Positions 54,252-64,000 of a stretch of DNA of 64,000 nucleotides are shown in pieces. The notes beneath the pieces were generated by a model. The model searched no databases and was not told where the DNA came from. It saw nothing but the letters and a program-made list of their open reading frames with translations. Source of the DNA: the human T2T-CHM13v2.0 reference genome, Homo sapiens; assembly GCF_009914755.1 (NCBI RefSeq), contig NC_060945.1; one strand, 5' to 3'. Each line of letters starts with the position of its first letter. Position 1 is the first letter of the stretch. A program made the translations under genes and the position numbers.

Positions 54252-56457
54252 GTATGTATAACTGTATAGTTTTGTTTTTTAATGAAAAACAAGAAGCAAA
54301 CAAAATTTTTAATCCATGATTTAGCCCCATTCATTTCTAGACCTAATTTATTTGATCCCAACATTAGAAACTGAATTTCAATGTACTTGAATGTGTCCAG
54401 TTAGAGCAATCAGTGAATGGCCGAGGTCATGGTGTCTGCTGTGATACGTTTGGGCCCAGCATGGAGAGAAGCCCCTGCACATGAGTGACAAGGGCTCTGA
54501 CCATCGTGGGGGATCTGAGCCTTCTCTCTCTTGCCCTTGTTTTGCTGCAGATGGTCAAGTACATGAACTTTGTACATCCAGTGTGGTATTTTGAACAGTT
54601 GGGGAAATCATTTTTGAATAATTTTCTTCTGTGTAACCATGGCTTTGGAATTACACAGATGTGTCAATGTGTCGTGTGGCCACACCCACCCCAAGATAGA
54701 CCGTGATTGCCTGGAGAAGAGGGTTCTGTTTTTGCTTCATGATGGATGTTTGTAGTAACGAAGATATAAAAGCTGACTTACTGAAACTTCACCAGATTGT
54801 ATGAGAAAGAAAAATATGTGTTCAAACTGGGACCTAATTTGATAACCATAGTTTGTTAAAATTAAAAGTATTAATTTTCAAATTACAAAGTATTACATAC
54901 AATAGAAAATACAAATAAAAAGGGCATTTAAAAACCCGCCCTGTAATCAGTATTACCACTTTGGTATATATTTTTCTAAACTCTTGAATGCATGGATATG
55001 TGAATTAGTCAAAACTGAATACGCTAGTCACACTTTGTATGTTCTCTGAGGGGCTGAATGTTTTGGTTGTTTTCCATTTTTTTTTTTATTGTGGTTGTCC
55101 TTTTTTTCTTTTAGTTAGAAATATACTGTGCCCATCTTTTCTAGGAAATAGAAAACGGTCAAGTTAAGTGTATATTTTTTTCAAACTAAACCTGGCTCCG
55201 AGCTTTGCACTGGGCATTGGAGAGGCCTTCAATGGCTCTTCCCCGGTCTGGCACTTCCTCTTCTTCCCTGACCCTCGAGTCATGGGCAGCAGTGGAGGGG
55301 CATGAACCCTCCTTCTGCAGCATCTGCCCCATCTCCTCCTGGGCCGAGTCATGCCTTGGGAGAGACAGCAAAACCCTGAACAGCAGTTCAAGGTCTTCTC
55401 AGCCTTGGGGTGATGCCTCCAGTGCCACTCCCTGAACTTGATCCCACTGCCAGGGCTGCCTGCATTCGCCCACTCCCTCAGCAGGGGTTTTTAGAGCATG
55501 AGTTTGAGCTAGGTTTTCTGCCAGCTGCTAAAGACCCAGATGGGACTCATTTTGTGCCTTCAAGGCGCTCAGAGTTAAGAGGCAGTGAGCTAGAGTAGAA
55601 GTTAATGGTGCAGTAAGGGTAAGTGCTGTGAGCTGCAGGGAGAACTGTGCCTGGAGTCCCAGGCGACACTCAGGTCTGCTCTCACATCGAAAGCACTGTC
55701 TATGCTCACCAGACTGTGAGCCGCTGAGGCCAGAGCCCTCCATTCATCTCTGCGTCCAGCACCCGACACCAACCCTGCCCATGGATGTTTGCCGGATGAG
55801 CCATCCGTTTGTTTTGTTTTGATTTGCACAAGTAATCCATGCTCATAGAAACTAGAAAATAGTAAAGAAAAAGATTAAATCTCCCTTACCCTGAGGCAAC
55901 CACTGTTAACTGTTTTTCTAGGCATGTATGTATACATGCAGCCCCTTTATTAAAAAGTGAGTTATATATGATACATGTTGTCTTGTTAGCTGCTTTCATT
56001 CAGCAGGCTGTTGGGGCCAGCTTTCTATGTCAGGGATTATGGGCTTCCGTCATGATTTTCCTTTTGGCTACACAATAGCCCATTGTGTGGATGTGTTGGA
56101 ATTTACTACCCTCAACTGTTAGATGATTAAATGTATGATTAATTCACACCATGCCATGTGATTATCCCATACTGTACTTTAGGTATGGTAATCTTCACCT
56201 GGGGATCTTCTGGTCACATAAAACAGTTTTTTCTCTGAGGAAATTAGAACTTTATACTTTTCTTTTTGTATTTTTATATTTTTTCTTAAGAAATGCTATT
56301 AAAAAATAAGTTGTTTCCTCAGACTGTTTAGCTGTAATTGTGAATAATTTGCCACCCTTTGTGGCAGAAGATGTTTGAAGGCCACTTGAAGGAAGAACTC
56401 GTGTCATAAAAACAACTGTAGTTATTCTTTACTATTCAGGTGTGTTTGTTTCCACAG

Positions 56458-56550
56458 GCACTGGGTGCAAGTTCCTGTGAAATATGCCACGAGGTGTTCA
56501 AATCAAAAAACGTGCGTGTGCTCAAATGTGGGCACAAGTATCACAAAGGG
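56458..56550 (+). CDS. TTC3: TTC3 window exon 25 (aa 1951-1981; N-terminal part of RING-H2)
   Basis: ccacag|GCACTG...AAAGGG|gtaaga; 93 nt; ALGASSCEICHEVFKSKNVRVLKCGHKYHKG. Confidence 0.96.
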
Positions 56551-57665
56551 GTAAGAGCTCTTTTTGGCCATCCTTACAGCATGCATTGGGACCTTCAAAT
56601 ATTTTCAAAATAAGAAAGGAATTGTTTTCTAGTCATCAGTATTTATTGTGCTTTCAAACTATTTTCTTTGCAAACCTCCCGTGTCAGTGTTCAGTGCCTC
56701 CCTGTCCTCACACCAGCTCTGCAGGAAGGGCAGCTCTGGAGACCGTCCTTTCCATCCCTTGTGGGGAGAGGGGAACAGCAGCTCCAGCCACTCGTTAGTG
56801 CTGAGATTCAAAGCAGTATTAGTTCCTTGAAAGGTGATTTCTTACACACTTGACTAAATGGAGAAACAGTGAAACCATTTTTTTGACTTAGTGTAGTATA
56901 TGAAGTCAGTTTAACATTTTAGAGGAGAAAAACTAAACCTAGCTGAGTCCCTTCTGCCTGACCCAGGGACAGTCCTGCTCGTACCGTTCTGGGATCTGTG
57001 TGTGAACTATCATGGTGTTCTAGGTACCGTGAGCATTTGTGTGCACCCCTGCTGCTGGGTTAGAACAGATCAGGTCTCTGCCATGGGGATTTGCTAATCC
57101 CTTGGAACGGGATAAATACAGCATGCTCACTGAAAGGAATTGAGACCACTTGCCAAGTCTCTGGTGTGGTGTGCCTCCTTGGGTACAGGGTCTTATATTT
57201 GGGCTAGCTGACTGTCCACAGCCTCTGCAGTGTGGGCAGCAGCAGCAGGAGTGTGGCGTGCAGGCTGGAGGGCTGTTCCAGAGCCAAGGGCCAAGGCCAG
57301 GCCAAGGGATGGGCTAAGAATGAGTGATTGGGTCATAGGGCCGAGAATGCCAGGCTCTGGAATTTGGCGCAGCTGAAGTGGAAGAGCCGAGCCTGGAACC
57401 GGGGATCAGGGCAAGACCACCCCCTGAGGCCAGGTTGGAGGCCCAGAGCGCTCAGGATCTGACCCTGAGGTGGGATCGTTTGCGGCTGGGGCTTTGTCCA
57501 CACTCTGGCCTGAGCGGGTGTTGGTGTCCCTGAGTATTGGGCAGCTCCAGGCCCAAGAGACCAAGGGCAAGTGAGCCACGCCTGCCAAGGAGCCCAGCAG
57601 CACAGGGGAGCTAAGCTTCCTCATGGTCCTGAAGGCATCTTCTGATTTTGTTTTCTCCTTTTCAG

Positions 57666-57800
57666 TGCTTTAAGCAGTGGCTTAAAGGGCAGAGCGCTTG
57701 CCCGGCCTGCCAGGGTCGTGATCTCCTGACAGAAGAGTCACCTTCTGGAAGAGGCTGGCCCAGTCAGAATCAGGAGCTGCCTTCCTGCTCTTCTAGGTAG
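57666..57800 (+). CDS. TTC3: TTC3 last coding exon (aa 1982-2025; C-terminal part of RING-H2, TAG stop)
   Basis: tttcag|TGCTTT...AGGTAG; CFKQWLKGQSACPAC...LPSCSSR*; completes a C3H2C3 RING. Confidence 0.96.
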   Translation, partial: CFKQWLKGQSACPACQGRDLLTEESPSGRGWPSQNQELPSCSSR

Positions 57801-58001
57801 TCACACTTCACTAAAGTGTCATCCACCAGTGTGTTGAATCCGAAGAATGACAATTTTCTACCACTGGTGTAAAAAACAAACATTTGAAGACCCTTGTGCA
57901 TTGTGTGTCACAAAGCTAAATACATGGAAATCGTTAATATCGCTGATATTAAGTAATTTCCCCACTCTGAGTGAATACTTTGATGATTGCCAACAGTGGC
58001 T

Positions 58002-58007
58002 AATAAA
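58002..58007 (+). terminator. Candidate proximal polyadenylation signal (AATAAA)
   Basis: Canonical hexamer ~200 nt after the stop; usage cannot be shown from sequence. Confidence 0.45.
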
Positions 58008-59308
58008 ATGACGGCTACCACACTCATGGGTCACTGGGGCTGCGCAGGGCTCTTTGAGGTGGGTGGCTTCTTTTGGAAAGTACTATGAACGTCTCGAAGC
58101 AGTATTCTAGTGATAAGAATTCTTAACATAGCCAAGCGCCCCACGTTTGTTCCCCACGTTTGTTCCCCTTTTCTGTTTGAAAAACCTGTTCTGGTAGCTC
58201 CACAAGAGAGATGATACTGACTTTTTAAATTTTTTACAAGAGTCTGTATTCCTGATATGCCTATATTTTTCCTCAAAGATTCTGCATTTTAAGGATGGGC
58301 ATAAGCAAACTATATTTTAATAATTTATAGTTAATGTTAAAATATTGGCTGATTTAGACCAAAAGATTCAAATCTCCTCTTTGTGAAATCCCATCTGCAT
58401 TTGATTTTTTATTATTTTATGTTCCCCCGTTAGATTGTTTTAAGTGTTTGCTTTTCATCTTTTATAGATGTAATCTGATTTTCAAAAATCATTAACACTT
58501 TTTAATTAGTATCGACTAAGACTTTTTCCCCCTGGAATCGAGGCTGTGTGTCCGTCATCCCAGCCCCCGGTTGGAGCCTGCTCTTTGAACTCCGCTGCCT
58601 TCCTTAGCAGCTTCTGTCCTCTTCTGTGAGTCAGTCAGCGAGTGCTTGGGATCCGCATCCAGCCGTGCTGAGCACACAACAGGCTGTGTGTGGAAATGGC
58701 CACCACCATTCTCCTTCCCCACCCCACCACAAAAAGAGAAGCTGTGTCTTTAGACAACCCTGAGGTATCTGTGTTACAATCGTTCTGTGTTTGATATTTG
58801 TGTAAAGTATGCATGCAGTCTTGTACTGTGACCTAAGAACAAAACTGTAACTGCATTAGAAACCATGAAAAAATTAGATATTGTTTTGTGACTTTTAGAC
58901 AGTGGTAAATATAGAACCATGAATTCTGGTCACATTCCATTTCTCTCCAACATGAAGGATCAAAAAATGTTTTTCAATGTGTTCTTTGTTCCACTGGAAA
59001 CTTAGAGTCATGAGTTTATGAGCTGATTTGGTCACCTTCCTCTGCCTTTGTTCACTGTGAGTTCTGATGTCTTAGTGACTTAGTTCTTAGAAGCTCACGC
59101 CTTAGTTTGAAACAGATTCTCCACGGTGGTCCCCAAAACACTGTCTGCATATCCATAAGAATTGAGCGCTATGGGTGTTAACGTGCATGAGGATCAGTTT
59201 GCAGCAGCAAGTACAAAAGGAGAAGAGGAACATCCGTTGAATGAGTGTGTTTTGTACATAACTTCAGATACTTGTGAACATGCCTTATATTTGTCCAACA
59301 ACTGTCAG

Positions 59309-59314
59309 AATAAA
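59309..59314 (+). terminator. Distal polyadenylation signal (AATAAA)
   Basis: Canonical hexamer with upstream TGTA (59253) and downstream CTCTTGTCCATTCTTTCTT. Confidence 0.85.
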
Positions 59315-59889
59315 GAACATTCTAAAATGAGAAGTTCACTGTCACTCTTGTCCATTCTTTCTTAGAGAAGTTTAAAAATGCATTCTTCTGGAAAACTTAG
59401 GACATGTATGTCATGCTAACATTTTAAGAGTGCTTTCGTCAGGAAAGAACAGCCACGCCATGCTGTGTCTGAGGAGTCTGACCAGGGATCTCAGGGCGTT
59501 TTAGGGCCTGGGTCAGAATTTTCCTTTGTGCCTGCGTAAGATCGACTATAGGAGTTCACACAGAGATGATAGAGTTTACTTCTTAAGGCTAAATTAAGAG
59601 ATTTTTCATGTGAATACATATAAGGATGTTGAAGATAAATTGCATTCCTTGGTATATTTTTTGAGGCATTTGTGGATTTATGGGCCACTGAGGCTGTCGA
59701 TGGGGTTTCCTCTATAGAGGGGCTTCTGGGTATGCTGAGCACTCACAGAGTGAAAGCTCATTTGAAGAAAGCTCATTTTCAAAATCTGTCTTCTGTTTTT
59801 TCAAGTGTATTCAAAGTATTATCAGTACGTATTTTTAGTCTGATGGCATTTAATTTAATTTAAAGCAATGACTATTCCTTAAGAATTTA

Positions 59890-60231
<342 letters not shown>

Positions 60232-60321
60232 TTATGAATAATGGATAGCCTGGTATAAAATTGAAGTGGTGCCCCAGCAATGCAAAATGTTACTACGGTT
60301 TTAAGGTAATCTCAAAGACTA

Positions 60322-60648
60322 CAGAAGTGCCCCCACTTATTCGTGATTTTGATTTCCACAGTTTGTTACCCACGGTCAGCCGTGGTCTGAAAATAGGCAA
60401 GTACAGTGCAGTACAATAAGATATTTTAAGGGGGAGAGACCACACTCACATAATCTTTACTACAGTGTAATTGTTCTATTTTATTACTAGTTCTAGTTGT
60501 TCATTTCTTACTGTGCCTAATTTATAAATTAAACTTCATCATAGATACATATGTATAGGAGAAAACATTGCATATGTGGGGATTGGAATTTTCTGTGGTT
60601 TCAGGCATCCACTGGAGGTCTTGGAACATATCTCCCACGGATAAAGGA
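60322..60648 (+). mobile_element. MER44A-like DNA transposon
   Basis: cagaagtgcccccacttat...gttacccacggtcagccgtggtctgaaaata...ggtcttggaacatatctcccacggataa. Confidence 0.8.
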
Positions 60649-61458
60649 TGTGTGTGTGTGTGTGTGTGCAGTGGCAGCAGGTGGTCAAAGTGCTCAACAC
60701 ACCACAAACTGAAGCAGTAAAACTATTTTAGAGTAGTTTTTTAGTCAGATGACTGGAGAAGGGAATTAAAGGAAACAGTAGAAGACACAATAGCAAAGAT
60801 GGAAGTTCCTTCTGTCAGCCTGAGGTACTTACTCAGGAGGCTGAAAAAGCAGAGGCCGTAAAGTGATAGGATGGTTGGTCAGAATGAGGACCAAAAAGCA
60901 TCTGCAGTATGACCTCAGAAAGAAAGAAGGTATCAGAAGGAGAAGCTGGGAGGGTATACAGATGAGTAAATTCCTGGTGAAGTGCTCAGCACAGTGCCTG
61001 CACACAAACTCGTGATAACCGGAGCTAACAACTAACTGTCACTAAGATTAAGGGCCTGGAAATTGCACAAGAAAGAGTAGGATAGTACAGTAGGAAAGCC
61101 GCCGTTAGGTTAGGAAGTCCACTTCCTCAGTGTGGCCTGGATTGGAACACGATCCAGTGGTGAAAAGAGCAAGAAGAAATCAGATCACCTCAAAGTCGTT
61201 TTGGAAAATAACAGCTTTGTTCCTGAGATCTCCCTGAATTGACTTCAGGAATATTGTGATTCTATAGCAATGGATCATTTCACCTTTTGGCTTTCCCAAA
61301 TTATCGGACTGAGCAGCTTTGAGTCAACCTTTCCTATCCAGTTTGGGTTGAGGATCAGGGCCCTGTGGTGGGCTCACTAGGGATATGCCCTGGAGCATCG
61401 GTGTGGCCAGGCAAGGCTCATTGTAGTGGAGGTGTGTAGTCCAGACTCCCTGGCTTAG

Positions 61459-61795
<337 letters not shown>

Positions 61796-61987
61796 CATTG
61801 CCTCCACTTTATACTGTCTCTTCCTATTCTCCCTTTAAAGGTGAAAAAAGATAAATATTAGCAAGAATGCAGAAACTAAACAATAGTAAACTAGAAAATC
61901 CTAATGAGTCATCCATTAATCAAGTCGGATTGATAAACCATCATGGCAAAAAGAGACTTTTAACTATGTTAAGAAGAATAATTTGGG

Positions 61988-62284
<297 letters not shown>

Positions 62285-62294
62285 AGATCTCCAT

Positions 62295-62750
62295 ATGAAA
62301 ATAAATGAAGCTTGACCTCTCACAGCATATACAAATGTCAATTCCCAATGGATCACAGTCCTCAATATGGAAAGCAAAATAATGCAGCTTCTACAAGAAA
62401 ACAGACAATCTTCCTGCCCCTGGAATAGGCAAAGATTTTAAGGAATCACTAGCTCCAAGAATAAAATGTTGATAAACTGGATTTTGTTGCACTAAGAACT
62501 CTTAAGTTGCTGTTGAGAGAGTGAAAAGGCAAACCATGAAGTGGAAGACGCTGGTAATCCACACTTCCAACAAGACTCCTCCAGAATGTACAAATAACTA
62601 CAAATCAGTAAGAAAAAGATAACAATATATTAGAAATAGGCAAGAGATTTGAATAGGCACTTCGCAAGTATCCAGATGGTTTGTAGGCATTTTGATAGCC
62701 ACATTTGTTCAAAATCAATCACCAAGGAAATATAAATTAGAACATTGCTG
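62295..62750 (+). mobile_element. Old L1M fragment
   Basis: cacagcatatacaaatgtcaattcccaatggatca...gagagagtgaaaaggcaaacc...ctacaaatcagtaagaaaaag. Confidence 0.65.
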
Positions 62751-62756
62751 GCAGGG

Positions 62757-63116
62757 TGATAGGGTTTGGATTCGTGTCCCTGCCCAAATCTCACGTCGAA
62801 TAGGAGGAAGGGCCTGGTGGGAGGTGATTGGATCATGGGGGCGGATTTCCCCCTTGCTGATCTCATGATAGTGAGTCCTCATGAGATCTGATAGTTTAGA
62901 AGTGTGTGGCATTCCCCTTTGGCTCTCTCTCTCCTGCCCCCATGTAAGTCATGCTTGCTTCCCCTTCACCTTCCTCCATGATTGTACATTTTCCTGAGTC
63001 TCCCAGCCATGCTTCCTGTTAAGCCTGTGGATCTGTGAGTCAATTAAACCTCTTTTCTTCATAAATTAGCCGGTCTCAGGTAGTTCTTTATAGCAGCGTG
63101 AGAACGGACCAATACA
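62757..63116 (+). mobile_element. MSTA-type MaLR solo LTR
   Basis: tgatagggtttgg...gagtcaattaaacctcttttc...aataca; TSD CAGGG at 62752-62756 and 63117-63121. Confidence 0.9.
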
Positions 63117-63227
63117 CAGGGTATTTTAAGTTGTCTTGAAGTTTCCTGGTTCTAGCAGGTAGGACCATGTACTTAGCAAGGACCTGTTTTGCTGTTCTCT
63201 GGGGCATGGGTGAAGGTCTGGGGTGTG

Positions 63228-63312
63228 AGAGGCTACAGTGAGCTGTAATCACACCACTGCACTCCAGCCTGGGGGACAGAGTGAGACCCTGTCTCAAAAA
63301 ACAAAAAAAAAA
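63228..63312 (+). mobile_element. Alu 3' fragment
   Basis: gaggctacagtgagc...gaccctgtctcaaaaa. Confidence 0.85.
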
Positions 63313-63379
63313 TTGAATCATGTATACACTTATATCAAAAACCAATGTACTCCTGATTACCTCAACTTATTATGTTGGG

Positions 63380-63520
63380 ATTATTGAGGTCTATAGTATC
63401 TGTATGGTGGAAATACCGTATAATGCAACTCTTCCCAACTCTGTGTTTAGTGGGGTGACACTGGTAGCTTGAAATCAACCATCGTTGGAGTACTAACACC
63501 ACAGTCATTGGCAAATGCTG
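63380..63520 (+). mobile_element. MER63-like hAT DNA transposon fragment
   Basis: tatctgtatggtggaaata...ggtagcttgaaatcaaccat...ttggcaaatgct resembles the MER63 consensus as I recall it. Confidence 0.5.
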
Positions 63521-64000
63521 TTTTGCTTCCCTGGAAAAGCTGGTAAAGCCTGGAGTTCTGCTGGTCTGGTGGTGCTGGTCTGGTGGTGCTTGATACCTTT
63601 CTCATTTCACATTTGAAATGGTGATTCAGGCACTCAGCAAACCCTGCTGGGATGATTTCTGCTGAGAGAGCTCCTTCCCATTGCTCTTTGGCTAGGGTCC
63701 TCACTTCCCTTGCCACCGCCTGGCCTTGCCTGGTTCTCTGCCATCCTGGAAAGGAGACACTGCTCTCTGCAGCGTCTCTGGCCCAGAGACAGGCCGAGTC
63801 TGTCATTGCATTAGCCTCTTAGTGGTTCCTTGGGGGCCACTCCCAGCAGAACCTCTGTCCCTGCCACAACAGGTCCTGTGCTACGAAACACCAAGGAAGT
63901 CCCCTTCCTGCCTCTGGCCAGGCCCTGCCTGAGAGGGTGCATGTGAATGCAAAGCAGGTCTGTTTCAGGAGTGCCCAAAAAGAAGCCACCAGGAGGACAC

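Larger units (their letters stand above)
57801..59330 (+). other. TTC3: TTC3 3'UTR (end approximate)
   Basis: Sequence free of recognisable interspersed repeats between the stop codon and the distal AATAAA, which is followed by a U/GU-rich downstream element. Confidence 0.8.

Noticed and set aside
56484-56798. 104-aa ORF overlapping the RING exon
   Set aside because: It is in a different frame from TTC3, runs into the intron and has no supporting signals.
63500-64000. Possible promoter or first exon of the downstream lncRNA DSCR9
   Set aside because: There is no CpG island or clear promoter here; from memory that locus begins just beyond the window, and the sequence cannot confirm it.

Overview
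Human (primate) genomic DNA containing the 3' part of TTC3, the tetratricopeptide-repeat RING E3 ubiquitin ligase in the chr21 Down syndrome region, on the + strand. I traced 26 coding exons (730-57800) that splice in a continuous frame (4306 nt including the stop). Anchoring on the 2025-aa canonical length I recall, they encode residues ~591-2025. They are followed by a ~1.5 kb 3'UTR with proximal and distal AATAAA signals and ~4.7 kb of repeat-rich flank. The introns are filled with Alus, L1 fragments, MaLR LTRs, MIR/L2 and MER44 elements. I see no CRISPR, rRNA, tRNA or prokaryote-type system, and no evidence of a wholly new gene system. The most notable observations are: (1) a young L1PA2-type insertion with a 24-bp TSD and a two-step poly(A)-punctuated 3' transduction; (2) a cryptic C4HC3 RING-variant-like Zn motif far upstream of the C-terminal RING-H2; (3) a PAM2 motif directly followed by a 17-aa SP-rich repeat array; (4) a GC-AG intron and several tandem splice sites, including in-frame alternatives on both sides of the intron preceding the RING; (5) a cluster of miR-128/miR-124/Pumilio sites that alternative polyadenylation would remove. 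Repeat subfamily calls and their boundaries were made by eye and are approximate. Exon numbers are window-relative.
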